Assembly: GCA_963924565.1 (NCBI GenBank)
Contig: OZ004608.1
Coordinates: 32,860,001-32,924,000, forward strand
Length of the DNA stretch: 64,000 bases
Reading direction: 5' to 3'
From: Ascidiella aspersa
Taxonomy: Eukaryota
Shown here: piece after piece, positions 26,629 through 39,350 of the stretch
Layout: each line of letters starts with the position of its first letter
How positions within the stretch are numbered: position 1 is the first letter of the stretch
Program-made: the position numbers and the translations under genes
The notes under the pieces: generated by a model
What the model saw: only the letters and a program-made list of their open reading frames with translations
The model's database searches: none
Told to the model about the DNA's origin: nothing

Positions 26629-27684
26629 TTAATAAAAGGGCCCCGACCCTTCCCATTCGTTCCAAGTATTAAACTGGGGGCCTGGCAGCTCGTTGTAGGT
26701 TGAGGGGAGGTGCAAAGAGACGACGGGGGTCTGTCGGGACACGGTTTGCCTTTGCGGGATTTTGACGGCGTCAGGGTGCGAAACTGCGATCTGGTAATTT
26801 ACGCCGTCGTAATTATCCCAGAACTCGTAACCTGGAGAGCTGAACTTGATACAGAACTCCACGCAGTCAATGTTGGGCGCTATCGTCGGTATGCTTACGG
26901 TGAACTGAAACGTATCGAAAGCACCGTTCTCGTAGGCGTCCTTGACGTACTGACACGCAAAGTCCTTATAGGTGGCCCATTTATCGCAGGTAAGTCGAAG
27001 GGCTACGTCCTTTTGAAAGGAGAGGTTGCGAACCTTGACGGTTCCGTGTAAGGTGTGATTGTCCTTAACCACTACGTTCTCCAGGCAAACGTTCTTCTTT
27101 TCCAGCAGCTGCTTAAAGCGGAGGTAGTTCGAGATGGGCTGCGCGAATTTCAGGACGAACTTTGGCGTTTTGTTCGACGCTGTGTCGCCCCGATCCGACA
27201 CCGGACTTAGGCTTAAGTTGTTCTTGAACATTCGCGTAAGGTCGCCGCTGGAAACGCTCCTAGGCGGCTCGTTGGTCGACTCGGTCATGTACTTCACCGC
27301 AGTAAGCGACCGGCCGTGAAAATCGGCAAAGGTTACCCGCCTGCCGATTTTAGCCTTTAAATCGGTGCCCGTGGCCTTGGGCGCGATTATTTTCACCGCC
27401 AAGTCAGTGGTTGGTTGCTGTTTGCTGGGAAAGTCTTCGAACTTTTGCTGATTTGGCTTGATGCAGGACTTCAGCGACTTTTTGAGTTGCTGCTCCTGTT
27501 GGATTTGGCTTTTTCGCGCAAAGCATGGCGAAAGGTTGAGTTTGCGCGTCGAAAACACGCTGTAGGGCGATTTGTAGAAGGTGTCCGTGGCCCTGTTTAG
27601 GCTGGCGTACGACGGGTTCGTGTTGTAGTCGTTGTGGAATAGTGGAGGGCTGACACCGTAGAGATAAGTTACGTCTGCTGGCAT
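26629..27684 (-). CDS. PPP1R3: Protein phosphatase 1 regulatory (glycogen-targeting) subunit 3, PPP1R3B/C-like
   Basis: PP1-binding RVxF motif (RRVTFADFHGRSLTAVK). CBM21 domain (FAQPISNY...NVCLEN...GTVKVRNLSFQKDV...EFCI...FWDNYDGVNY). N-terminal MPAD...SPP and C-terminal W...PFY are typical of the family. An acceptor (tttcgctccag) sits 26 nt upstream, so the exon begins at 27710 and a short upstream exon is likely. Confidence 0.95.
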   Translation of the reverse strand: MPADVTYLYGVSPPLFHNDYNTNPSYASLNRATDTFYKSPYSVFSTRKLNLSPCFARKSQIQQEQQLKKSLKSCIKPNQQKFEDFPSKQQPTTDLAVKIIAPKATGTDLKAKIGRRVTFADFHGRSLTAVKYMTESTNEPPRSVSSGDLTRMFKNNLSLSPVSDRGDTASNKTPKFVLKFAQPISNYLRFKQLLEKKNVCLENVVVKDNHTLHGTVKVRNLSFQKDVALRLTCDKWATYKDFACQYVKDAYENGAFDTFQFTVSIPTIAPNIDCVEFCIKFSSPGYEFWDNYDGVNYQIAVSHPDAVKIPQRQTVSRQTPVVSLHLPSTYNELPGPQFNTWNEWEGSGPFY

Positions 27685-28999
27685 TGTAGATTTGCACTCA
27701 GACCCAGGACCTGGAGCGAAACGGTGTGATAATAAGCGCGCACAATGGTTACAGCAAAGTAGCGACTCTATTCAAATTGCCTTTCTGCTATTGGCAGTTA
27801 GCTTTTAGCACCCTTTTCTTTAGTTGCCTTTTTATTGCAATTGGACCAATTCAAACAAGATAAATTGTATAATAGTGATTAAAAAGGGTGCTGGTCTGGA
27901 ATCTTAACACATTTTCTTCTGGGAGTTTATATTGCTAACATTATTATTTGGATTAGGGTACAAGTTATCGTTTGGATTATCAATTTGGTGGGTCAAGTGT
28001 TATTATTGTATTGATTCTTCCATTTTTATTTCTTTCCTGCAATTTCAATTTTAATAACTCGTTTCGTTACTGTAAAAAAAGTGGAAGGATTCTAGATCAG
28101 CGCCTTAAAAACTCCTATGGCAACTTGGCCACATTTATTAACACATTTGAATAAAAAAATTTTACATTCTTTGAGGAAATGGTTGGTCTCATTATTTCTA
28201 GTGGTCACCAATGCCCAACCTTAATTAAACCCTGTATACATTGGTATAACCGTGGCAAAGAAAATTACCTGTAAGATTTGTTTGAGAAAGTACTGTCATC
28301 CAGATGAAATATCCTCTGAAACAGTAAATGAGATTGGGAAGAAAGCAGGCCTAATTTGAAGATCACCAGGCAGGTAAAAAACCCAAAGTTTAAAAGAAAA
28401 ATAAATGCCTGTGGAACAATACAATCCTTATAATAAAAACTTAAATATTTTACTGACACATATTATAGAACATACAAGCCATTAAAAGCTATTATTGTAC
28501 ATTGCTGTTGGTCAAGATAGATGTTATAAATATACTCTGCTTTACCAAATAGCAATCTGCACATTCAGCTAAAACAGTCAATAAAAAGTAAAATTCTATG
28601 GAATCTAATGTACAATGGTTTATTTACTATTATCAATAAGTGGAATGACCGCTTTAAATGGCTACAATAAAGAGCTATCACTAAACAAAATCATTTTAAT
28701 AGAGAGAGTAAAATATTGAAGCACTATATTACACAATCTCATAAAGAATCCCAATAGAAACAATCAACCAGGCTAAAAATATAACAAGCGTTTAAATTGA
28801 AAACTGCGACGTAATTTGGCAGCGTACTTCTAACTGTGTTGGTGATATTTTCTCAACTAGACTGTTCCAACAGATTTGTTCTAAACTACCAGCCTTTCGC
28901 TTCGCCTGCAGTACTAATTTACACCCTTTAAAATTGCGCCTGGGCATTCACTGAGGCGCGAGCACAAATCCCTGTTAATATAACGCAAAAGTCTATCTC

Positions 29000-29480
29000 T
29001 ATACACGCGTCAGCAGTAACCGGCACCCAGCCGTGTTAGCCCGAAGTGACGCAAGCGCATCTCAGACGAGTCGCTTGGTCCCAGCTATTTTGCACGCGTT
29101 AAAACGCGCCTGATCACGCCTCGACAGTCTTCTTCGGCGTGACTGCTAGTAAAAGGCCCGGCTTGATCACGCGGCCAGCGCGTGCGTCGACGTGGTGCGA
29201 TCGAGCCGGTTTTACTGGAAGTGGAAACCGAGGTGGTTCCTAGTTGTTGCTGTCCAGCATTGTGCCTGCTTTTCGCTGCTGTGGCGCACGTGTACTGCGC
29301 GTGTGAGTGTGTGTGCGCGGCGGTGTTACGTAGCCGGCGTGGACATTCACGTGCGTGCGTGCGTGCCGGCTTTTGGAGACCGAAAAATGATGAACGAGGT
29401 GATTTTGTTGGAATCGGATGGTTGGCGGTTTATGTGGTTCACGGTCACCCCACATTCGATTCAAAGGGTTTAAATAAAGC
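29000..29480 (-). promoter_or_regulatory. CpG-rich candidate promoter/enhancer upstream of PPP1R3
   Basis: Local CpG-rich stretch 1.3-1.8 kb upstream of the coding exon. Two CACGTG E-boxes (29287, 29348), many RCGTG motifs and a TATTTAAA on the minus strand near 29470. Confidence 0.4.
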
Positions 29481-30705
29481 AAGGAGAACATGCAAAGCTC
29501 AGCTGCCAACCAAAATGTAAAATCACTCATGAGAAATACAAATTCTGAGTTGTTTTATTACATTATTAAGCGCTTCGGGTCTTATCAAATATTAACTGGT
29601 TCGTTTGAATTTTAAAAAGTCCGATTTGATCACCGGCCTTTTTGCAGCACAGTTGCCATATAAAAAAATTGAACTTTTGGAAAGCCTCCATATAACCCCT
29701 GTTTCAATTGGCGGCCAAAATCGTTTAATCAACTTAATAGTAAGAAGCCTAATATTTTAAATATCAATGCAAAACTGTCCAGCGGCTGTAACGCTAATTG
29801 ACGCCCAAAAGGAGCCGGTTCTTTTAAGAAATTGCGTCAAAATGGAAAGTTGCCTACAAACTCCAGCGGAAAAAATATTGGCTCGTTTTTCTCTTTGGAC
29901 AAATAGAAGGCCGTTATCAAGTGCCTACGTGCGCTGCGTTCTGTTTTGAACGCCTCATAAATATTTTAGATAAAATTATGCATAAATTAAATCTCTTCCG
30001 GTGCACTATGTTAGCTTTCCGGTGCACTATGCTAAGAAATGCTCAAGTCAATGGGGGTAAAACGAATGGGAAATTTCTGCAAAACATTGCAGCGAAGCGA
30101 ATGAGAGTTCATCTGTATTGGTTTAATTTTAATGTTTTATTGCAGAAATTCAATCTACCGTTGCAAAGAAATTGTTTAAATTTTATCTGGTCTAAGCGTT
30201 AAAGATGCGATAGATTACAATAGCGACACAAAATTCCTACATGGGGCTATATACTGTATATGGGTCTAACATAAAAATCAAATATCGGGCAAAAAATTAT
30301 TCGCATAATTGCGTCCAATTTTTGAACCACAATAACTTAACCCAAAGAAGAGAGATTAAGTGTACTTGCAAGCTACACTACCAAGAATATCGAATTTAGG
30401 TGGCCAGTCATTATCAGACTGCCAAGTGGGGTGCCGTATTTCAAAGAAATAAAGGCGTCAGGAATATATCTCGAGAGGTTTTGACGACAGGGTGTCATGC
30501 GTCGGCATTTCAGCTGAACACCGTCATCGCCATAACTGTACATGTATTAACAGCATTGCTAGTCAACTCACAATCAACGCGAAGAGTCCTAGTCCTGACT
30601 TTTGATTTGCCCAGGCATTTCAGCAAGCTTATCTACTGTTACATCATAAAAAGTTACCGCAGACGAAGTCTCCCGGATGTATTAAGTCTGCTGATACGTC
30701 TACAC

Positions 30706-31118
30706 CAGTGATTCTCAACTGCGGCTCTCAACTGTACGTTTTGCGGCTCTCACTAACCGAGTGAAAAATCAGTTAGAAGTATCAGAATGGCAACAAAGTA
30801 AGTAAGAGAAATCAAGAATTAATGAATTGTATCAGCAAAGACCCCGAGTACGAAGTACTAATGTTACCGGGTACTTCCATCCGGCTCTTTAAAATAATTT
30901 TGTGGTTTATTACGTCACAATATATTTAGTCCTGATCGACAAGCTATGGCAAACACTGTTAATTAGTTAGCCTAGGCTAGCGTAATGTATATTTGTTGTT
31001 TTCTAGTTGCTTTCTCAATGTTTTATAATTATATGCCTACTGTTGTTTTTTATGCGGCTCCTTGCAAACCTTAGGTTTGAAATGCGACTCTTGCTCTAAA
31101 AAAGGTTGAGAATCACTG
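30706..31118. mobile_element. Non-autonomous hAT element (MITE)
   Basis: Perfect 14-bp TIR CAGTGATTCTCAAC. Perfect TSD GTCTACAC (30698-30705, 31119-31126). gcggctc subterminal repeats. Confidence 0.93.
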
Positions 31119-31839
31119 GTCTACACTCTACAAGGACTAGCAATGTCCAGTAATATTGGCAAAGTGGTAATAACGGTTTTATATCTCCCTACATTTCTAC
31201 CGATTTTTTTAGCATTAGATTAACAACTAAGGTAACAGCCAATTTAACAATTGAACTAGGTGCTCTCTAGCGCTAAAGAAAAATCTGTCCTTCTAACATA
31301 TAAAAAAAAAATACAGAAGATGTTTTTCTAATTTCTACAGGTTTGCCTTTTGTGTGATATTGATGACAATATTTAGTAGCTTATCGGGTCGGTTGGCCGT
31401 ACTTTTATACCAAAATACGGGGTATGAATATCGTTATGAAATATGAAGTACTGGACAACCTTTGTGTCGACGTATTTCAAGTTGAAGGATTTTGTAATGA
31501 GTGCCAACTTCTCTTTCTCAAGCAAAATTTAGTACATTTTTGATTTAACTTTTTGGGGTCGGCGGCCCCTTTTTTGCGACAAAACTGAAAAATAGTACAA
31601 GAACCTTGCGGGAACATCTTTTGCAGGGTTCGTGCGAAGTTGCCTGGCTTGGCCAAGGACTAATTGTCGCGCCGCCTTGCGACCCATTTACAGCCACATA
31701 AGAATGCTAATCCCATAAATCACACTTTGAGTATTTACAAAGCCAAGCGCACGGGCGGTAAATCAATAGTTTAAACAGCCCCTTAGATTGCCAAGAAAAA
31801 CGCTCGCACACATGTAGCGACTAAAGCCGGGAACTCTTT

Positions 31840-32497
31840 TGACCGCAACAATTGGCACAGTTTTTAAACCAAATAAGTAAAAAATAGAGGTTTTGTAGAC
31901 GGAAATAGAATTGGTAGCCCATTGCAGCTAAAAGTGAACTAAACGGTTCGATTTGCATATAGATTCTTATCCATATTAACATTAGGACTAACATTTATAA
32001 CCTAATAAACTGCTTAGATCACGCTTTGTGCGCGAAATTAACAATAACTGTGAAGTGAACACTTATAGGTTAAAGATTGATACCACTGTACGACACAAAT
32101 CGTTATCTCTATCATCTCACGTCACTGCCTCAAAATTTAACATCAATGACCGCAACAATTGGCACAGTTTTACATCAAATATGCCTAAGTAAAATAATTA
32201 ATTTTATTTAGATAGAGCTAAACAGAAGTGGTTGCGAATAATAGGTAAAAGGCGACTTGCAAAAAATTGTCGTAGACTACCTGTTACGTGCTTAATTAGC
32301 ACTACAAAACTACCGATGTTTTCTATTTACATACTGTAAGCTCTACATTTATAACTTAATCAACTGGTTAGATTACGCATTGTGCGATTTAACAAAATTG
32401 TGAGTGTATGACTGAGCACTTAAGGTTAAAATATTGATACCAGTTTGCCACACAAATCTTTATGCTTATGTCATTTCTTCCAAATTGAACATCAATA
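31840..32497. repeat. Diverged tandem duplication, two units of ~310-350 bp
   Basis: gaccgcaacaattggcacagtttt at 31841 and 32148. cactta(t)aggttaaa..attgatacca...cacaaatc and aacatcaat recur in the same order. Confidence 0.8.
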
Positions 32498-33000
32498 GGA
32501 TTCAAAGCGTTCACCGTTTCCTATCACCCTAACAGCCGAGAACCCTAAACCACAGCAGTCTGTATTGCGTAATAGGGTAAGGCTAGCTTACGTCAGCACA
32601 GCATCTGTCTTCCATTACAAATTTCCAGGGGCGTGATTTTTGACTTTATATGCGATTGTCGCACCTTGGCTCGCCAGCGTCACCCAACGGATACTTATTA
32701 CTAACTTTTAATGCGATTAAACGGCGGCAAATCGCCTTGGCGAAAGGCGTGAGAAATAAATAAAAACTTTCCAGACAAATCTCATTATCCGTTACTCTAA
32801 CACGTCCCCGTACAATTACGAGTTGCTGTAAACCGGCGTTACGCGCAAAGCCGGTTAAGTTTGATTGGCAATAATTCGCAAATGTGCCGCGAAGTGGGCG
32901 TCATGCCGGAGATTAAAAGCGAAGGGGGAAGTGGAATTGGTTCACGAAATTAAAGCGGCGCGACAATTAGTAGCATAAAAAATACACCCGCGCGCTAAAG

Positions 33001-33022
33001 CACACACACACACACACACACA
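33001..33022. repeat. (CA)11 microsatellite
   Basis: cacacacacacacacacacaca. Confidence 0.95.
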
Positions 33023-34094
33023 CTTTAATGTAATGTAAATGCCTGAGAGCCGTAATCGAAAGCTTAACGTCGCTTTTTAATCATAGCACTAAAATGCTGC
33101 ATAGCAAGCGTCAACTTTCTTTAGGCCACGACCTCCCATATGTGTTTTTTTCAGCGAAACATTGAAACACGTCATGATAATTAATCGATTGGTGTATTCA
33201 ACGTGCTTAGTATGGGGTTAAAGAAGATTTTTTTTTCTAAACGTCAAAAAAATTTCATACTAGAAAACAAAAACGTTACGTCACAACAAGACGTCTAAAA
33301 CAAGACACCTTAGGAAACACGAAATTATCGTTCGATGTTGTGTACAAATATGCAACTTGAATCATATATAAATACATTTAAGGAGTTAGCGGGATGGCCT
33401 GGTAAAAAGGGCCATGGCCGGGTATAAAAATGACATTTATTACCGGTACTTCAGGAAATATTATTTTACCGATCAGCGTTCCAGGCTGTTCTGGCTTGCT
33501 TTCACCATTAGTGCTAAGTCATAATAAGTTTATCGATGAGAACATAAAAATCTCTTAATGCCGGACACAATAAGCAGCCAAAATTTTACCCAAAATATGT
33601 CAATTCATATTACACAACCAATGTTTTTTTTCTTAACCAATGTTTTTTGTTCGGCTTATATAGTACTATATACTTTCATATAATGCAGTATTATGCACTT
33701 TTCATGTAGGAAAACATGTGGTGATCATTATTTCTGAAAAAAAAACAGTGAGATACATTCTCAGTAAATAACTAATACTCGCAAAGGTAAATCTTCGGCC
33801 AATTCAGCGATAAAAGAGTAACAAGGCTCGAAGGTTTGACGCAGTTTTCGACGAAAAAAGGTAATTTCTTTTTTAAGATTGCTTTTAACCTGATCTGACG
33901 CAAGCCAAGAAGCAAGTAAAAAAATCGTTTTTTATTTGTCGTTTTTTATTTGCTTCATTAAAACATGCGATTCGCATATAGCGCTTTTATATAATGAATT
34001 GAACATAGCACAAAAAGGGAAACTATAAAAAATGTTTTTAAGCATGCATTTTCTAACGATTATCTCGTACATCGCAATACAGCTGCAAGTCCTA

Positions 34095-34158
34095 TTCACA
34101 TATACCGACTTGTTTCACATATACCGACTTGTTTCACATATACCGACTTGTTTCACAT
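34095..34158. repeat. 20-bp minisatellite, about 3 copies
   Basis: Unit ttcacatataccgacttgt(t) repeated three times. Confidence 0.9.
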
Positions 34159-35209
34159 TTACCGGCTACCGACATATACGAAAGGCTAAATTGAAAACCG
34201 ACTACATCAATTCATTTAAATAGGATATAAAGTATTTGTTGTTGGATAATGAATCGTTAAAAGGTTTGCCTCGTTTCATTTTAGCTGTATTTTTTTAGCT
34301 GGTGGACAGTGCCCAGTTTTTCTGCAGTGATCTGTAGGTCATTTGTTTAGTTTGGGTTTTTAGCGCAAGTTAGATAAATTGTTTTCTTTTTAGATTACTT
34401 TTTTTGATTGCAACAAATTGCTAAAAAGCTCCATGCTTGACTTTGAGTTTACTGAGATTGGCAAATTTTATAACATTACGGTGTTAAGTTAATTTACATA
34501 AATAAGCTGGTCCAACGTTTAAACATCGGCATTTAGTCGCTATCACACCGAAGGATAAATAATAGGTCTTACACCAAACCGTAACGTGTTATTAAAAGGA
34601 TTTGCTGTAGTTAAATAAACAACTTCTTTCTTTGCCAATAGAAGATAAATGCGCCAGCCAATGAAAGTTTGAGTACATTAATTGTGGCGCATTTTGTATT
34701 CGTAATTACAAATACAATATTGCGTAAGAATACCACGTTTACGACTTTACAAGTGGCGAAAATTGTTTATAGGGAAAAATTACAGTTGCAGTGTGCTTAT
34801 TTGTAAACCTACATACCAAATTCTCTCCATAGATAATTAGGCTAAGCATCACGGTCAAAAAATAAATGGAAGGCCCAGGTGCAGATCGCAAAGAAATAAT
34901 AGTTTGTAAGGTTTTGTTTGCGGCAAAAATTGCCAAAATACCATCAAGAAACGCTGCAAAAATGCCATCGATGTATCCTTTGTTTGGTGTCGACCTTGGA
35001 GGCACCCTTGCAAAACTCGTTTATTTCGAGCCCTGCTCTTTAACCCCGGAAGAAGGAGATTCAGTGAAAAAATCGCAAGAACAATGGGAGAGTGCTTAAC
35101 TGAGTATAACTCTTTTGAAGTAATTGGAGAGAGCGACACACATCTTCAAATAAAGGTACTTGAACAAAGAAAGATCCAGGCTTTTTGTTTTGAGGCATCA
35201 GACCTGCAG

Positions 35210-35707
35210 CAGACTTAGACAACTAGATTTATTTTAGCTTTTTAAAATTAGATTAGAATTATAATTAGGGCATTTTAGTTTTTCTAAATTAGATTAGAAT
35301 TAGAATTAAAATTACCGAATTCCTAAAAAAACAAATTTCAACTAGAATTTCAACTAGAATCACATTTAATTATTTACAACCGATTTAATTTAATCGCAAA
35401 GTATTCTTATAAGAATGCGAATGGTAAATATGTGTGTGCTAATTTTTAAGGCTTTTTATGCTTTTTAGACTGTAAAAATTACATACAAGTCGTTCCAACC
35501 AAAGAGTTTTAATTAAAATTCTGTGTTTTAACCGAGTCACTAAAAATGCCGTTGGACAAAGTAGCATTTGTGGAAAAATCCGAATTAGATTAGAACTAGA
35601 ATTAGAGCACACAGGCAATTCATAAATTAGATTAGAATTAGAATTAGCTGCATTTTGCTTTAATTCAATGAATTAGAAAACTAGAATTATCTAGTTGTCT
35701 AAGTCTG
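35210..35707. mobile_element. hAT-like MITE with attagaatt subterminal repeats
   Basis: Perfect 19-bp TIR CAGACTTAGACAACTAGAT. Perfect TSD ACCTGCAG (35202-35209, 35708-35715). A related end fragment lies at ~48670-48809. Confidence 0.92.
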
Positions 35708-35724
35708 ACCTGCAGATGTGGCAA

Positions 35725-36146
35725 TAACCGACTCACGCCGAAAAAATGAACCAGAGTCCGACTCCCAAGGCCCAAGTCCGACTCTGGTCAAATGTGCGAT
35801 TTTGTCGAGTCCAGATTCCGGCTCTAAATCTTCAGCCGGTTTTCTGCCAATTTACATAACTAAATACGGTGGATATTTAGCATCTACTTATAGTGGTGTG
35901 TAATGTCAGATAATTTATCCGCCCTAATTACGTGCTTGGAAAATTTTCCATAGTAGCCTATGCTATTCCGCCTTCACAGTTTACAGTTTGCGACGTTATC
36001 ATTTTCGAAATTTGGTACTGCACATGCGCACGTCGGACTCGGGACTCGGGCAGTCTTACGTGGTCTTACTCGAGTTTCCGAGTTCGACTGCAGGTAACAA
36101 ACCGACTCCGCCGAGTCCCGACCGCGACTCCGACTCCGTAGCCCTG
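35725..36146. mobile_element. Partial CAGGGCT(A/G)CGGAGTCGG-family MITE
   Basis: Many ccgactc/gagtcc motifs; terminus gactccgactccgtagccctg matches the element end at 2900. Confidence 0.6.
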
Positions 36147-37012
36147 TCAGGCATAACGTTTTTTAGGAGCGACTTGAAAAGTTACGGTACGCCATGAAAC
36201 AATTAATTTCAAAAACATCTTGTTCTCAAACGGGCTGTTCGCAAGTATGCAGCTGAAATCCAGTCTAATTGGCCGAGGCGAGACAAAACCTGGGTATATT
36301 CGGTTTAAATTGGCAAACCATACTTTTTTAAGATACTTGTTATGTTTTTTGGTACATAAGATAAATTTGGCATGATTTAGTGCCCCCTTTTGGATCTACC
36401 CCGCTTGGAGTCATATATTGACCTACAACGAGTGAAAAAAAACAAAAAATACGGCCACACGAGGCGCTAGGGGAGCACGTTGTGTGAACTAAGTGTTGCT
36501 TTCTCATAAAAAAGCATCTTTCGCTTGTTTTTCCAAACTGTCAGGTTTCAAGTTGAAATCGCACATTCCTGTTTTATAGTGTTGCAAACAAGTCAAAAGA
36601 GGTTCAAGCAAGCCATTAAAAAAAAAATTGTGGTCTAAGGCAAGTTGATTTCAAACGAATATATTCAATACAAAATTTCCCGAAAATATTAAAGTTAAAA
36701 CTTAAATCAGGGAATGTTGTGCGTGAAGTTAGACAAAAAATATGTTTTACAAAACGCTTAAGTCATTTGCCTGGAGCCCCCCATGACTGGAGTAAATAGC
36801 AAGTAGCTCAGTTGAAAACAACGATTGAAATGTTGTTTACTCATCTAAGCGAGTTCTCGTGTTTTTCCTTGCATGAATGGGGAACACACAATAAGACCTA
36901 AAAAGCAACAATACCTAAAGCAGAAAAATCTATAAAACCATAGTGTTAGGACCAACGTCATAATAATGCCAAATACGAAGTAATATCCAGTACAGCTTAA
37001 GATCAAAATCGT

Positions 37013-37215
37013 CTGAATAAGACCTAATTTCATCGGAATAAGGCCTAAATTCACCGGAATAAGGCCTAGATTCATCGGAACTAGTCCTAAATTCATCGGA
37101 ATAAGTCCTAAATTCATCGGAATAAAGCCTAAATTCAACGGAATAAGGCCTAAATTCATCGGTATAAGGCCTACATTTTTTGGAATAAGGCCTAAATTCA
37201 TCCGAAGAAGGCCAA
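37013..37215. repeat. 21-bp minisatellite (~9-10 units) inside a larger TIR element (~36990-37552)
   Basis: Unit cggaataaggcctaaattcat. Reverse-complement units occur at ~37485-37540. Imperfect termini tacagcttaagatcaaaat / atttcgatttaaaccgta. Confidence 0.85.
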
Positions 37216-38419
37216 AATGGTCAGAATAACGCCCGAACCTGTGGGTAGAGAGTATGAGACGACCGGGGGCCATCGGTCTGGCATCGGCCGTTATGGTGAC
37301 TACGTTTGGACGCCCTAATATGACCGGCGCCGTCAGGGCGCCGCTGTTTTGGCACCGGATTTTTGGTCCTGTTTGGGGTTGTTGGTGGGTAATGGGTGGG
37401 GTTAGAAAATGGGTTAGTGGTGAAATTATTAGGGGAATTAGTGATGCACTTAGGGGTGGGGTTCGGGGTTAGTTAAAGTGTTGTTTAGGCCTGATTTTGA
37501 CTTTTTAGGTCTTATTCCGACGGATTTAGGACTTATTTCGATTTAAACCGTACTAATACAAAGTAGTAAGACTGGTTGTGGTTCTCAAAGCTATTCGATT
37601 AAAAACCAACAAGCGGATGGACCTATCGTTAAAGAGCCTTTCGATTTGCAAAACCCGTACCCTTACATTGTTGTCAACATCGGGTCCTGCGTCAGTGTGT
37701 CTCTGTTAAAGTCACCCGAAAAAAAAAGTTAGCAATTTCAGGCAAGTAGCTTATATTAGCATATAAACAATTAAATGCCTTTTGATATCCCGGTACCCCA
37801 TAAAACTAGCTTTCCATGATATTACACTTATTTTATTCATACTTATAAAGTAGACGTGGAATGAATATCATAACGTTCACCAAATGCTATACTTCTACAC
37901 TTTTGTACGGGCTTTGATGTCCATTGAAATTCTGATAAGACACCATCCTTACTGATTTGCATATTTATTTAACGCGTGTGGAAGACGACCAAATGGACTG
38001 CCAACCTTATAGGTTGCAAGAAGCTTTAATAATGATATTAAAAGGTTGTTAGATTAAGTATATCTCAATTTTGTTCGCAGCAACCTAATTACTAAGCGTA
38101 TAAGTACAACATCAAAGCGTTGGCGACCAAATTGAAGAAAAAGAAGACATTAACATTATTAAATACGGATTTAAGTAATATTAGCCATGTCTCCGTATTG
38201 CTTTTACAATATTTAAAATTCTGGATAGATCTTGCTCAAAACCGATTCAATATATCTAACCATGTGTACTATACTGCAATCTGTGATCCAAACAAATCAA
38301 ACGGTCATTCAATTTTAGGTCACACCCACAGGTTGAGAAACACCGGATTAAAGTGTTTCGAATTCCTGTTCGATACCAATAGTTCAAAACTATCGGTTGA
38401 AAACATAATAGAGCTAAAC

Positions 38420-38706
38420 CAGCGGTTCTCAACCAGTGGGCCATGGCTTATTGGTGGGTCATAACAACATTTAAGGCGGGCCACAGACCAATTTAAAAAA
38501 GCTAGATTTAGTTTTATTTGTTTCACTATTTAATTTTACACGAATAATGGCTTGGGGAGGAATTAAAAAGGAATGTAAATATAATGTTCAGCCGCAAGTA
38601 AATAATTACCTATTTTACAGTTTTTTCTTTCATAAAAATTTATTGGGCCACAGAATTGTTTTGCAACGTAAATGGGCCACGAAAGAAAAAAAGTTGTGAA
38701 CTACTG
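38420..38706. mobile_element. Non-autonomous hAT element (MITE)
   Basis: TIRs cagcggttctcaac / gttgtgaactactg. Perfect TSD AGCTAAAC (38412-38419, 38707-38714). Same family at 22119 and 59484. Confidence 0.9.
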
Positions 38707-38867
38707 AGCTAAACGGTGTCATTCACCCTGACCAAGGCGACTTGCATAGGTTGCCGAAACGTTGGTAAAAGCACGTGTTGGACATTTACGGCAAAGAGGG
38801 GTATACGCTGCTTTTGGCCAGCCTGCATCAATAGTAGCATCCAGTTGATTTTGTAGCGATACTTGGT

Positions 38868-39350
38868 CAGTGTTGTAAATAATTCATTTTGAAATGACTG
38901 AAGTCCAAGTCAAGACGTTTACAAAATACTACGTCAAGTACCAGTCCAAGTCATCAGTAGCTTTAGTTAAGTCCGAGTCCAACTAAATTGTTAAAAAACT
39001 TAATTCCAAGTCCAGTTATTTAAACAAAATAAGTATACGTCATTTTTTAAATATCTTAATTCCACATTCAATCTTTCTTTTAAATAACAAGTCAAGTCCC
39101 AGTCACAACTCCTAATAAGGTCATTAACCAAGCAAGTCAACTCCAAGTCAAATAATTCATCTAAAATAAAACGATAAACTATTAAAATTGGTAAACTCGT
39201 CCGATTACTATGAATAACCAAAAAAAAAGTCATTTGTCTAAAAGACTGAAGTCAGGTCAGGTAACTTTTTCGAAACGATTTAAGTCAAGTTAAGTCTATT
39301 GAAAATGACTAATTAAATGCACTTAAGCAATTCATTGCATTACAATACTC
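38868..39350. mobile_element. CAGTGTTGTAA-family MITE, opposite orientation to the 10740 copy
   Basis: Starts cagtgttgtaaa, contains aagtcaagtc repeats and ends ttacaatact. Confidence 0.7.

Noticed and set aside
34866-35099. 77-aa ORF as a functional short protein
   Set aside because: It is the frameshifted first exon of the PANK pseudogene; homology continues in another frame.
36450-36480. ATRGARGA as the missing PANK ATGGGA exon, or as a CTCF site
   Set aside because: No flanking PANK similarity or splice sites, and the spacing does not fit the CTCF consensus.
37013-37215. CRISPR-like appearance of this and the other tandem arrays
   Set aside because: Head-to-tail repeats without unique spacers, no cas genes, and a eukaryotic context.
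36845-37273. 142-aa ORF with MNLGLIP heptad repeats
   Set aside because: It is a translation of the 21-bp minisatellite inside a repeat element.
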